Positions 18,657 through 28,389 of a stretch of 64,000 bases of DNA are shown in pieces (the first letter of the stretch is position 1; every line of letters starts with the position of its first letter). The stretch lies in IMG/VR virus record IMGVR_UViG_3300020165_000009; one strand, 5' to 3'. Both the position numbers and the translations under genes were made by a program. The stretch is from a virus. Below the pieces are notes generated by a model. It worked only from the letters and a program-made list of their open reading frames with translations. It ran no database searches and was not told the DNA's origin.

Positions 18657-20090
18657 TTATTTTTCAGTAACCTGCACTATTTTATAAGGTATCCTCTCTT
18701 GCTCGTAGATTTCTTTTCTACGGGCAACATGCTTTTGACCATACTTAAGCTGATCCGCTATATCAATTATCCTAAGATTGTCTTTACTATCATGTAAACG
18801 TAAGCCACGGCCTATAGTCTGAATAGTACGTATGGAGCTTTTACCACCAGCAGCAAATACAATCATATGTATATTTTTAATATTAACCCCGGTACTAAAA
18901 ATAGAACTCATAGCTATACAAACTACATTACTTTCTACCTCCATTATTCTCTTAATATTTTCGCGCTCTTCGACCTCTAGCTCACCCTGAACAAAATATA
19001 CTCGCTTATCTTTTAAGGTTGACATTAGATCATAAAGTGTTTCACCATGTTTCAGGTGATTTACTAATACTAGAATGTTGTTGTTAAAGTTAGCACATAT
19101 CTGATTTATCATATTATTTCGAAATTGATTCTCATATATGAAATCTAATTCGAGCCTGTAATTCAGTTTAGCGTCTGCACCTGTTTTATATGCTGGTGAT
19201 TTTAAAAATTCAGACTCAATAATAGTTGTACTTGCTGGGGTAAGGTGTTTTTCGGTACGTAACTGAAAACTATCTTTCTCATATATGATACTCCCTATCT
19301 TACCGATAATATTCCATTCATCAACCTTACCATCAGGCATTGTGCCAGTCAATCCAAACTTATGAACAGTTCTAATTTGTTGTACCATCTTACTTACCTT
19401 ATTACTTTTTTTGACTTTATGACACTCGTCTATAACTAACGCATCTACCTTTTCTAACCAGTCATTATCCTTAAATTGACTCTGAAGTATACCTAGGTTA
19501 GCTATAATAACATTAGCAGTAAAGTCTGGTTTATTCTTACCGGACCATTTAGTATACTTAAAGGGTGCATCATATTCACTAAAGTCGCTAAACGTCTGAT
19601 TGACTAAGCCTAAATCTGGTACAATCAAAAGACATTTAAATGTATCACCCGTACTCTTAAACATACTCGATAGTAGAGAGCATATTGTTAGAGTCTTACC
19701 GGCACCTGTACCCATTTTTAGAATACCTCTACCAAATTGAATTGCTTTCTTACAAGCAGCTAACTGATAGTCTCTCAATGGTAGTGTTAACTCATCATAT
19801 ACGTCTGTGGCTGCTAACGTAGGTTTTATAATATCAGATACATTACTATCAATATGTAATTCCTCATCAGGATAAACCTCCTTAATGTATCTTAATATAT
19901 CAAAAAATAATCCAGCTTCGAAGAGACCGGTTGGTGTAATACAATAATTTCTGATATCAGCAAAATGTCTAGCTCTACCCTTCAACCTAAATCGAGCTGT
20001 TGCATCGGTTTCACTAAAAAAATCGCGAATAGCGGGCACGAGTTCGCCTGCTATTCTAATCTTATTATTAACTAGTTCAAATTTAATCAT
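18657..20090 (-). CDS. uvsW: SF2 DNA helicase UvsW
   Basis: LRDYQ, GTGAGKT, DECH, GLTGT, STGVNI, QTIGRGLR. Confidence 0.92.
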   Translation of the reverse strand: MIKFELVNNKIRIAGELVPAIRDFFSETDATARFRLKGRARHFADIRNYCITPTGLFEAGLFFDILRYIKEVYPDEELHIDSNVSDIIKPTLAATDVYDELTLPLRDYQLAACKKAIQFGRGILKMGTGAGKTLTICSLLSSMFKSTGDTFKCLLIVPDLGLVNQTFSDFSEYDAPFKYTKWSGKNKPDFTANVIIANLGILQSQFKDNDWLEKVDALVIDECHKVKKSNKVSKMVQQIRTVHKFGLTGTMPDGKVDEWNIIGKIGSIIYEKDSFQLRTEKHLTPASTTIIESEFLKSPAYKTGADAKLNYRLELDFIYENQFRNNMINQICANFNNNILVLVNHLKHGETLYDLMSTLKDKRVYFVQGELEVEERENIKRIMEVESNVVCIAMSSIFSTGVNIKNIHMIVFAAGGKSSIRTIQTIGRGLRLHDSKDNLRIIDIADQLKYGQKHVARRKEIYEQERIPYKIVQVTEK

Positions 20091-20092
20091 CC

Positions 20093-20509
20093 CTATATAG
20101 TTTCCATCTTCATTATCTCGATGATATTCTTGATGTCAAAACCTAAGCTTGTAAATGTTCTTTCAACCTTTTCTAGATAATCAACAATTAGTTCTTGCTC
20201 ATCGATACGATTTTGCAATTCTATCATTCCCTCATGTTGATATGAGCTTTTCTCTGCTATAGGTCTAGTCACCTTTACTGGAGATTCACGTTGTATAGCT
20301 TGTACTATATCTTCTCTTAAGGAATACCTCTCAGCTTTTAGATTAAGGAGTGACTTTTTATGCTGAATCAATCTGCAGACCCAGTAGTGTTTACGAGCTG
20401 GAGTCTTAAGTGACATCTCTTTGATATTAAACTCATCGATATGTAGCTCAGTCTCAATCTCTTTACTATATCTTTCAATTATTTCCGCATTCACATCCTT
20501 ATTATACAT
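20093..20509 (-). CDS. uvsY: recombination mediator UvsY
   Basis: IDEFNI...SLKTP..H.W and FDIKNIIE patterns; position upstream of uvsW. Confidence 0.75.
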   Translation of the reverse strand: MYNKDVNAEIIERYSKEIETELHIDEFNIKEMSLKTPARKHYWVCRLIQHKKSLLNLKAERYSLREDIVQAIQRESPVKVTRPIAEKSSYQHEGMIELQNRIDEQELIVDYLEKVERTFTSLGFDIKNIIEIMKMETI

Positions 20510-20587
20510 GTATTTACACGGCTTGCAACTACTAACTAGTGATATAACATAGAAAGCCTAAGACGTAATACATAAATAAATATTAAT

Positions 20588-20974
20588 ATGAGGGATACAC
20601 AGAGATTATTTGAACGTACAATAGATAAACTACTCAAAGGGGTGGAAGATATTGATTATGATGAAAATGAACTTAAAATGGGTATTGAGGTAGAGTTAGA
20701 ACATACTGATGATAAAGATGTTGCAACAACTATAGCCAAACAGCATCTCGCTGAAGATCCTGCATATTATAGTAAGCTTAAGACAATTCATGACGAGGAT
20801 GAAGGTAATACAGTAGGTGGAGGTGCTCTTGGACCAGCAGCTGCAGTAGGTCATTCACAATCAGGCGATTGGTACGCTCCCGGCGATGCTAGAGTACCTC
20901 AGATATTAGGCGGCATTCAGACTCGGCGCGGGACGATTGGCCGGAAACGTAGAAAAAAGAAAAAGAAAAAGTAA
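20588..20974 (+). CDS. late protein with DUF5661-like module
   Basis: ELKMGIEVELEHT...IAKQHLAEDPAYYSKL; TAAATA 5 nt upstream; basic tail. Confidence 0.6.
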   Translation: MRDTQRLFERTIDKLLKGVEDIDYDENELKMGIEVELEHTDDKDVATTIAKQHLAEDPAYYSKLKTIHDEDEGNTVGGGALGPAAAVGHSQSGDWYAPGDARVPQILGGIQTRRGTIGRKRRKKKKKK

Positions 20975-20980
20975 GTACAT

Positions 20981-21415
20981 GTGATGGAAACAGGTCACTG
21001 GACAATACATGGCACGATACCTGCGGATGCTTTCGGTTTTATATATGAAATTACTAATACAGTAAATCAAAGGAAGTATATAGGTAAAAAACAGATGGTA
21101 AAGCGTATTAAACGAGCACCACTCAAAGGTAAGAAGCGTAAACGAATTGATTTTGTAGAGAGTGATTGGAAGTCCTATACAGGCTCTTCAGATAGACTTA
21201 ATGCTGATATTGAAGAGCTTGGTAAGGAGACTTTTACATTCCAAATTTTAAGATTTTGTGGTAGTAAATTTGAACTAAGTTATTTTGAATCTAAGATGCA
21301 ATTTGAACGTGATGTTCTATTAAGTGAAGATTATTATAATGGTATTATAAACTGTAGAATAGGTAGACCACCTAAAGCTCTAAAGGAACAGTATTATAAT
21401 AAGGTTAATGAATAA
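20981..21415 (+). CDS. GIY-YIG-family nuclease (Seg-like)
   Basis: GFIYEITN..N.RKYIGKK, W..Y.GSS, YYN. Confidence 0.75.
   Translation: MMETGHWTIHGTIPADAFGFIYEITNTVNQRKYIGKKQMVKRIKRAPLKGKKRKRIDFVESDWKSYTGSSDRLNADIEELGKETFTFQILRFCGSKFELSYFESKMQFERDVLLSEDYYNGIINCRIGRPPKALKEQYYNKVNE
21385..21400 (+). promoter_or_regulatory. GGAAC-N5-TATAAT promoter
   Basis: GGAAC (21385-21389) AGTAT TATAAT (21395-21400), 7 nt before the ATG at 21408. Confidence 0.55.
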
Positions 21416-21965
21416 TGTAGATCTAGGAATATACAATATAAACCTTATTAACTGTAATGAGGTTTTTAAAAAGGCTAGTGATAGTATTGTAGATGACTTA
21501 TACAAGTTTGATTTACTTCAGAAATCTCTGAATAATACTACTGTAAGACGCCTATTCCTACATTACACTATACTCCATTTATGTGAAGCTATCCTAAAGA
21601 GTAAGTCTAACAAGAAAAATATTCTATTCTTTAATAATACACAGCTAAATGATGTTTCGTTAGCTAAATTTCACAATGAAAGTGATATTATTAAGTCTAT
21701 ATGCAGCGTCCTTAGGAAAGTTAAGGTTATGCTACCAGTAAAAGTATACATTAGTAGATATAGTCTGGATTACTTCCATCATCTACTCGAATCTAACCAA
21801 GGTAAAGGTTATTTACTACTAAATGAGGTAAGAAGTACTGCAGATCATGATAATACACGATTTACTTTTAGTAAAATTAAGCAATACACTAAAAAATACG
21901 GATTAACTTGGCTTAATGAAGAGTACTTTAATAGACTATCAACTAAGTTTCTTCTAATTAAATAA
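21408..21965 (+). CDS. hypothetical protein
   Basis: 185 aa ORF with its own promoter motif. Confidence 0.6.
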   Translation: MNNVDLGIYNINLINCNEVFKKASDSIVDDLYKFDLLQKSLNNTTVRRLFLHYTILHLCEAILKSKSNKKNILFFNNTQLNDVSLAKFHNESDIIKSICSVLRKVKVMLPVKVYISRYSLDYFHHLLESNQGKGYLLLNEVRSTADHDNTRFTFSKIKQYTKKYGLTWLNEEYFNRLSTKFLLIK

Positions 21966-21973
21966 ATAATAAC

Positions 21974-22789
21974 ATGGATAATTATACCCAACTTGCAAAT
22001 AAAATTCTCAACGAGAGTATGGATAGCTCGAGACTTAGCAGTGATACAGCATTAAGAGATGAAATGATCGCACTAGATGATGAACTTTTCAGTGCTGTAG
22101 ACGCAGGAGATAAAGCGGCTCACGAAAAGGCGCTTAATAGATATGAAGCTCTAAGAACTCAAGCCATCGACAAGTTTGGGATAGACGGCCCTATCCATCT
22201 TATCGATCCAGATCTGCACGGCGCACATTCGGATGATTATAAGGATGAAAACGGCGTTAGACCACACAATGTTACATTCCGTGACGCTGTAGAATTTTAT
22301 CCGTCCGGTGCATATGGTAAAATAGTTGATGGTAAGTTTATTGCCCCGCCTGTAAAGAGTTATATTGAAGATAATGAATCTCCATCAGACGGACTACAAG
22401 CTATCTTGCAGAAATATCCAAGTGAAGTAGAGGATCTCAAAAATAGTGGAGAGTTTGCTGATGAGCTGTATGATGAGCTATTTGAATTTTATCTTGATAG
22501 TGGTGAGATGCCTTATGGTGTAGCAAAAGCTAGAACAGGGGATCCATATGAGTGGGTACATGCTAAATTAGATGAGTTGGGTGTGTTTAATGATGCCGAG
22601 CACGTTGAAGATAATCAAAATGCTATAACTGCTGATGATTTAAAAACTCTAGAGACTGTCAAAGCACTAGCAGGCGGTAAAGCAGATGGAGGCCTTTTTA
22701 GCAATCCTGAAAAACAAATACAACAAGCGTATGGTAAGATGCTTACCAAGATATCCAAGCAAATGAAAAACGTAGCTAAGAAGATGTAA
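21974..22789 (+). CDS. modular late protein, probable internal head protein
   Basis: TAAATA 5 nt upstream; MDNYTQLANKILNES; EDNE/EDNQ linkers; GEMPYGVAKARTGDPYEW module. Confidence 0.55.
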   Translation: MDNYTQLANKILNESMDSSRLSSDTALRDEMIALDDELFSAVDAGDKAAHEKALNRYEALRTQAIDKFGIDGPIHLIDPDLHGAHSDDYKDENGVRPHNVTFRDAVEFYPSGAYGKIVDGKFIAPPVKSYIEDNESPSDGLQAILQKYPSEVEDLKNSGEFADELYDELFEFYLDSGEMPYGVAKARTGDPYEWVHAKLDELGVFNDAEHVEDNQNAITADDLKTLETVKALAGGKADGGLFSNPEKQIQQAYGKMLTKISKQMKNVAKKM

Positions 22790-22791
22790 TT

Positions 22792-23127
22792 ATGAATAAG
22801 TTTTTAAGAAGAATATACGAACTCGATTTGATCAATGAAGAAGATCAAGCACCACCTCCTCCAGGTGTTGCTGATGTCAATGATGTAACGCCTCAAGAGA
22901 TTGATGATGCTCCTGAAGTAGAAGCTGAGGTTGGTACGTTATCTCCAGAGAGCGAGGTAATGTACGTTAGATTACTAAAGAAGGCTCTAGTTGTAGATCT
23001 TGACCCTGAGGATATTGACAATATTAATAGCTTAGCGGAGGTTAACGAAGAAAATGCTAAGCAGGTGCTAGGAGATATCCTTAGAATTATAAAGAGTTAC
23101 TCAACTGAAATCGATATAGAAATTTAA
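22792..23127 (+). CDS. acidic late protein
   Basis: MNKFLRRIYELDLINEED; coupled to the upstream gene. Confidence 0.55.
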   Translation: MNKFLRRIYELDLINEEDQAPPPPGVADVNDVTPQEIDDAPEVEAEVGTLSPESEVMYVRLLKKALVVDLDPEDIDNINSLAEVNEENAKQVLGDILRIIKSYSTEIDIEI

Positions 23128-23129
23128 AT

Positions 23130-24182
23130 ATGAGCTGGAAATCATTAACACAAGTATACTTACAAGAGGCTGCCTTAAAGAATGTTACTAAACTAACACG
23201 GCAACAACTAGTCGGTGAGGACGTCTCAATATACGCTAAAGAAAACGATAAAACAGAGCATATAGGCGACGTGAGTAGAGAGTACTATGATAGTGTTCTC
23301 AAAAATAGAGTTGAGCTAGGTTCGCATGAAAATGTTAGCTTACGTAAGGTAGTAGAGCAGCGTTTAGATAAATGTAACGGTAATATTGATAACAATGCTG
23401 ACATATGGCAAAATTATATGTTAGAAGGTGCTTTCGATATGTCAGCTGATAATTTTGATAGTAGTGAAGACTATTTACTATCTCTAGTTGAGCAGAGTAC
23501 ACCGTTTTACCTAACTGATTTTATAAAAGCCAACTGGCCTGCTGCAGATGTAGTAAACAAATACTATGAATCTGCATTTACCAGTATGCCACAAGCTCCA
23601 GTTTTTGGCAGCCCGGGCGCAGGTGAATTATACTTAGCTTATTTTGCAAATGGCAGTAAGCCTAAGAAAGGTGATTTGAGTGTAGGCGGAGTTGAAATTG
23701 AACTTAAAGGGCCAGGTGGTCGTATTTTTAAGACACCAAAAATAGTTAATGATTTTAGCGACCTGCAGAAAGATTATAAAGATGAAGATGAATTATTAGA
23801 TAATATTACTGAATATATTGCTAAACTATCACAAACTGCGCCACATAAATCATTGATTCGCGAAATGGTAGCATTATTTAAAGAATCAATGATTGAAGAG
23901 CATGCCTACTTCAGAGAACGCGGAAAGATGAGACCAGGTAACGAGCTCGTCTATATAGGGGGTTTAGCTCAATTATATGCATATAAGCAAGTACAGGGAT
24001 TTGACATCTTTATGTCCTTCTCCACACAAAAAGATGGTAGAATACTCTTCAAGCCAGTAAATATGAAGAGTATCAATAATCTAGTAGGGCTGCATAAGCT
24101 AATTACAAGAGACACATTCTATAAATTTGGTGTTAACCGGGATGGTTCCGGTTGGTCACTAGATAGAACTCAACCAAAATGA
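23130..24182 (+). CDS. PD-(D/E)XK restriction-endonuclease-like protein with N-terminal targeting-like peptide
   Basis: GAGELYL...KGDLSVGGVEIELKG (E..D..ExK core); N-terminal MSWKSLTQVYLQE. Confidence 0.5.
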   Translation: MSWKSLTQVYLQEAALKNVTKLTRQQLVGEDVSIYAKENDKTEHIGDVSREYYDSVLKNRVELGSHENVSLRKVVEQRLDKCNGNIDNNADIWQNYMLEGAFDMSADNFDSSEDYLLSLVEQSTPFYLTDFIKANWPAADVVNKYYESAFTSMPQAPVFGSPGAGELYLAYFANGSKPKKGDLSVGGVEIELKGPGGRIFKTPKIVNDFSDLQKDYKDEDELLDNITEYIAKLSQTAPHKSLIREMVALFKESMIEEHAYFRERGKMRPGNELVYIGGLAQLYAYKQVQGFDIFMSFSTQKDGRILFKPVNMKSINNLVGLHKLITRDTFYKFGVNRDGSGWSLDRTQPK

Positions 24183-25999
24183 AAACATTCAAGCAATACT
24201 ATAACACTATCCTAAATGAAGGTGGTGCCGCAGGTCATATGGCTCATCCATTTGACCTACCTCAAGTTAAGACAGGTAAGGATTTAGTGAGCTTCTTCGA
24301 TAGAGCTGTTAGTTCTATTAAGACAAACCCACCTTCTGTTAAGATTGACGGTGTGAATGCTAGTTTTAGACTCATTGATACACCTGAAGGTAAGGAATTC
24401 GCACTCGACAGAGGTAGTATGAAGCCTCTAGACCTTGAAGGTATCACAATCGATAAGCTTGTAGCTAGATTCGGCGAGGGACATGGAATGGTTAATGCAG
24501 GCCGTACACTATTGACCATTATGAATGAGTCTATAGATGAAATTACACCCGAACTCAAGCAATTAGGTATGTGGGATAATGCAAATAGATTTTTTAATAC
24601 AGAGTTCGTGCAAGGTACTACTAATGTACTACAGTATGATAATGATTTCCTCGCGATCCATGGTATTAACGAGTTCTATCAAGCGACTCCTAAGAGAAGA
24701 GCCAGTAAAGAGGTTGAGTACAATCCAAAGGTACTTGATTCACTTATTGAAAAGCTTGATAAGACTGCAGCAGAATATAATTTTAAAGTATATGGTAGTG
24801 TACCTGCCACTTTAACTAAGCAGCCTAACTACGCACACGTGCTTAGTAAGAACTTTAACGTTAATGTAGGTACAGAAAGAATTTCAAAGCCCTTGCGCGA
24901 TTATTTAAATGATGCTAATAACCCATTCGGGGATAAGATCACATTACAGGATGGTAAAAAGGTAGGAGCTCTTAGTAAGTTCGTCTATCTACAGATTCTT
25001 AACGGTGTACCACTCGATACATTTATAAAAGATGAAGCTGATCACCAAAAGGCTATTGATGGAGCGGCAATATACCACGCTACTAGACTTTTAGGTGACG
25101 AGCTGCTAACAACCTTAACATCCGACATGGGTGACGTTAAGTACCACGAAGGTATTGTTATAAGAGACCCAAAATTTCATAGCTCACCAGTCAAGGTTAC
25201 CGGTGAATTCATTATTGGCGGTATGTCATCACAGTTTAGAAAAGAAGATGAAGAAGTGACGCCTTACTATTCTAATTACGTCACGGAACCACCAGTCAGA
25301 GGAGATTTCTTCGGTAGAGGTCGCTTTAAACAAAGTGTTGATGCAATAGGTGAGAGCTTTGATGCTGTCTACAACAGTATAATGCTAAGAGAGTTTGAAG
25401 AGCCTGACAATGAGCGCGTTGTTGTTATATACCCCGGTAGATTTCATCCGTTTCATAAGGGTCATTCATCAATATACAATAAATTGACGCAAAAATTTCC
25501 TTATGCCGACGTATATATTACTACTTCTGGTAAAACTGATGAAGATACATCACCATTTACGTTTGACGAAAAGAAAGAGATGATGATATCAGCTGGTGTC
25601 GATGCTGATAAGATCGTTCAAGTAGCATCTCCTTATATTGCTAAAGAGATAACTGAAAGATATGATGGAGATAATACTAAAATCATCTACGTAGTATCTC
25701 AGAAAGATATGGAGGGTTCATCAGCTAGATTCAAATTTGGCACTAAGCGAGACGGTACACCTAGCTACTTTCAACCTTTTGAGAGTGTAGGTGAGAGTGA
25801 GTATATGTCAAAGCACGGCTATGTTGATGTACTACCGACTATGGACTTCAAGATTAACGATAGAAGCGTAAGAAGTGCTTCAGAAATCAGAGATATGTAT
25901 AAGAATGCTGATGATAGTCAAAGAGAAGATCTTATCCATAGTTTATACGGTTCTAAGGACCGGAAGATAAAGAATATCTTTGATAATAAGCTAGTTTAA
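24179..25999 (+). CDS. fusion: nucleic-acid-ligase-like domain + HIGH-family (cytidylyl/adenylyl) nucleotidyltransferase
   Basis: N half: SVKIDGVN, FNTE, EGIVIRD, PVKVTG; C half: YPGRFHPFHKGH, PFTFDEK, SASEIR. Confidence 0.65.
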   Translation: MKTFKQYYNTILNEGGAAGHMAHPFDLPQVKTGKDLVSFFDRAVSSIKTNPPSVKIDGVNASFRLIDTPEGKEFALDRGSMKPLDLEGITIDKLVARFGEGHGMVNAGRTLLTIMNESIDEITPELKQLGMWDNANRFFNTEFVQGTTNVLQYDNDFLAIHGINEFYQATPKRRASKEVEYNPKVLDSLIEKLDKTAAEYNFKVYGSVPATLTKQPNYAHVLSKNFNVNVGTERISKPLRDYLNDANNPFGDKITLQDGKKVGALSKFVYLQILNGVPLDTFIKDEADHQKAIDGAAIYHATRLLGDELLTTLTSDMGDVKYHEGIVIRDPKFHSSPVKVTGEFIIGGMSSQFRKEDEEVTPYYSNYVTEPPVRGDFFGRGRFKQSVDAIGESFDAVYNSIMLREFEEPDNERVVVIYPGRFHPFHKGHSSIYNKLTQKFPYADVYITTSGKTDEDTSPFTFDEKKEMMISAGVDADKIVQVASPYIAKEITERYDGDNTKIIYVVSQKDMEGSSARFKFGTKRDGTPSYFQPFESVGESEYMSKHGYVDVLPTMDFKINDRSVRSASEIRDMYKNADDSQREDLIHSLYGSKDRKIKNIFDNKLV

Positions 26000-26307
26000 A
26001 TTTTTTCTATTGAAGCAATGTTTGCGTAATATGGTGTATTACTTAACACTACTTTGACTTCATCACCGGGCTTGAAGTCTTTACTGAGCTTAGGATCAAA
26101 ACCAAACTCATCTTTCATTCCCCATTTGGTTTTAGCATCGTGACCCTTAAAAGTCATAACCCATACTTTACCAAATCTACCAGGTGATCTTTGAGTTTGG
26201 TAAACATCGGAAATTGTAAGGTCTAGTTCTTCTCCGATATTATTCGCGAGAACATCATCATAAATAACAGCACTGCTCTCTTCAAAATATTGTTTAAATT
26301 TTATCAT
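25996..26307 (-). CDS. small late protein (OB-fold-like)
   Basis: Start reassigned to MIKFKQYFEE at 26307, just after the stop of the upstream gene. Confidence 0.5.
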   Translation of the reverse strand: MIKFKQYFEESSAVIYDDVLANNIGEELDLTISDVYQTQRSPGRFGKVWVMTFKGHDAKTKWGMKDEFGFDPKLSKDFKPGDEVKVVLSNTPYYANIASIEKI

Positions 26308-26311
26308 ATAA

Positions 26312-26971
26312 CTAAGCTCCTTCGAATCCTGTATCTCTAGCGGCGGGGTCTTCACTGATATCATCGAACTTCAAAGTCCTGATACCTCCATCTTCATCCT
26401 CTGCATCTTCTACTTGCTCATGATTATCCTGATAATCGAGGTGGTGGAATACTGAAGAGAGATAATCTGATGCCTTTGTAATTTTTGCTGCAACCCAACC
26501 ATCTAGAGAGTCTACATTGGCTATATGGTCGAATAATTTCGATGAATATTCAGCGGCTTTAAGTAGGTCAGCTCTCGCCATATCAACCTCACCATCATAA
26601 TCGTCCTGGTCGTGGTCGTGATCACAGTCATCATCTATCTCACCAGCTTGTATATATACTGTCTCATCTTCAGCAACACCACGAACATTTGGTATATGAC
26701 GTACCCGTGAATGGGGCGTAGTACTACCAATTGATGTTACTCTAATCATAGAGGGTGTACCGTGACCTAAACCAAGATCGTCCTCTTCAGGAATCTCTTC
26801 ATCATTAGGATTGACATAAGTCGGGTCTGATCTAAACTTCGGACCACCTCTACCATCTGAATCTGCATCTCCTTTACGGAGATGACCGCCCTTTGTATAG
26901 TGTTTACCTTTTGGAGCTTCTTTTGCTTCCATGTACGCCTCATATATGAGTTCAGATTCTACCTTAGCCAT
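26312..26971 (-). CDS. acidic modular late protein
   Basis: TATAAATA 5 nt upstream; MAKVESELIYEAYMEA; GEVDMARADL...WVAAKITKASDYL module. Confidence 0.6.
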   Translation of the reverse strand: MAKVESELIYEAYMEAKEAPKGKHYTKGGHLRKGDADSDGRGGPKFRSDPTYVNPNDEEIPEEDDLGLGHGTPSMIRVTSIGSTTPHSRVRHIPNVRGVAEDETVYIQAGEIDDDCDHDHDQDDYDGEVDMARADLLKAAEYSSKLFDHIANVDSLDGWVAAKITKASDYLSSVFHHLDYQDNHEQVEDAEDEDGGIRTLKFDDISEDPAARDTGFEGA

Positions 26972-27003
26972 AATAATATTTATACTATGTATTAAATAAT
27001 TAT

Positions 27004-27429
27004 ATGGAATTTGATAAGTTATATAACCAGCTCATGGAATCCTTACAAGAGGATGCAAAGAAGTGTTGGGACGGGTATGAAAAGGTTCCGGGTATTCCGC
27101 GTAGTAAGCAAGGCTCATGCAAGAAAAAAACTGAAGGTGAAGAAGTACCTGAAGAAGATGCTGAGTATAGAGGCAGGAAGGTAACTCTTAATAAGCCCAC
27201 CAGAGGTGATGTTAAGAAGTTTAAGGTATATGTAAAGGATCCTAAGACTGGTAACGTTAAGAAGGTTAATTTCGGACATGGTGGTACGTCTGCTAAGAAG
27301 AGAGGTGAGAAGACAATGAAGATTCGTAAGAGTAATCCAAAGGCTCGTAAATCTTTTAGAGCTAGACACAAGTGTGATCAAAAAAAAGATAGAACCACTG
27401 CAGGTTACTGGTCATGTAAGAAGTGGTAA
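27004..27429 (+). CDS. basic modular late protein, probable internal head protein
   Basis: TAAATA 5 nt upstream; MEFDKLYNQLMESLQE; KCWDGY and EDAEYRGRKVTLNKP...KSFRARHKC...YWSC modules. Confidence 0.65.
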   Translation: MEFDKLYNQLMESLQEDAKKCWDGYEKVPGIPRSKQGSCKKKTEGEEVPEEDAEYRGRKVTLNKPTRGDVKKFKVYVKDPKTGNVKKVNFGHGGTSAKKRGEKTMKIRKSNPKARKSFRARHKCDQKKDRTTAGYWSCKKW

Positions 27430-27463
27430 TAGAGTATAAAGCTATATATTAAATAATTATACG

Positions 27464-28351
27464 ATGAGTATTAAGACAACCATAAATACCCCAGAAAATA
27501 CTCTCAACTACATGAAGTATGTTGAGATTGAAAATGATACTCGCTACCCAGCAGTAACTGGTGGATCGGGTCAAGATGTTTTTAATAAGTCTGCAATTTT
27601 AGTACAGCAAATCGACCCGCTCGGGTTAGATATCGGTGGTCAATCAGGTACTGATTATGTTGAAAAATTTGGTGCTAATTTAGAACTTGGGAATAACTTA
27701 GAAACTATATGGGAGACAGGTGGTCTATATACCTTTTTAACTACTGCTGGTCCAATTTCAGCGGTAAGTACAGATGCTACAGATAATCAAGCGGGTACAG
27801 GAGCACGTGAGATAGAAATTTTAGGTCTTGATGAGAATTATGAAACTATAACTGAGCTGATTTCAACTAATGCGACTGATGGCCGGAATGGTGGTCCTGT
27901 ATCTACTCAAAACTTTTTAAGACTCTACAGAGCTAGAGTAACTAAAGCAGGTTCAACTGGTACCAATGATAGTGTTATAACGATGAAATCAGGTGGTATA
28001 ACGGTAGTTACAATAGGCACGCATGGTACCGGTGCCAATGAAGAAGGTTTTGGTCAATCACAGACAGGAGTATACACTATACCTGCAGGTAAGACGGGGT
28101 ATTTAACGCAGTGGACCATGGGATGTAGCCGATATAATGAAGGGGTAAATGCCTTTATTTATGTAAGACCAATTAACGGGAATGGTACTACATCTATATT
28201 AGATAATGTCTTCTTTATCGGTAATACAATAAAAGATTATAAAGTACCACTACCTCTAGAGGAAAAAACCGATATCGAAATCAGAGCATATAACGGCGCA
28301 ACTGGCATACCTGTCAACACTACGTTTAATATAATCTTAGTAGCTAATTAG
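27464..28351 (+). CDS. probable virion structural protein (beta-rich)
   Basis: TAAATA upstream; Gly/Thr-rich; KFG.N...ETIW..GG.Y...GTGAR...GLD.NY...YTIPAGKTGY. Confidence 0.55.
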   Translation: MSIKTTINTPENTLNYMKYVEIENDTRYPAVTGGSGQDVFNKSAILVQQIDPLGLDIGGQSGTDYVEKFGANLELGNNLETIWETGGLYTFLTTAGPISAVSTDATDNQAGTGAREIEILGLDENYETITELISTNATDGRNGGPVSTQNFLRLYRARVTKAGSTGTNDSVITMKSGGITVVTIGTHGTGANEEGFGQSQTGVYTIPAGKTGYLTQWTMGCSRYNEGVNAFIYVRPINGNGTTSILDNVFFIGNTIKDYKVPLPLEEKTDIEIRAYNGATGIPVNTTFNIILVAN

Positions 28352-28389
28352 GTTAGTTGTGAAAAAGAAAGAAGTAAATAAATAATCTT

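Noticed and set aside
20981-21415. Mobile homing endonuclease element
   Set aside because: Only a short catalytic GIY-YIG domain with no DNA-binding extension and no intron context; kept as an ordinary CDS
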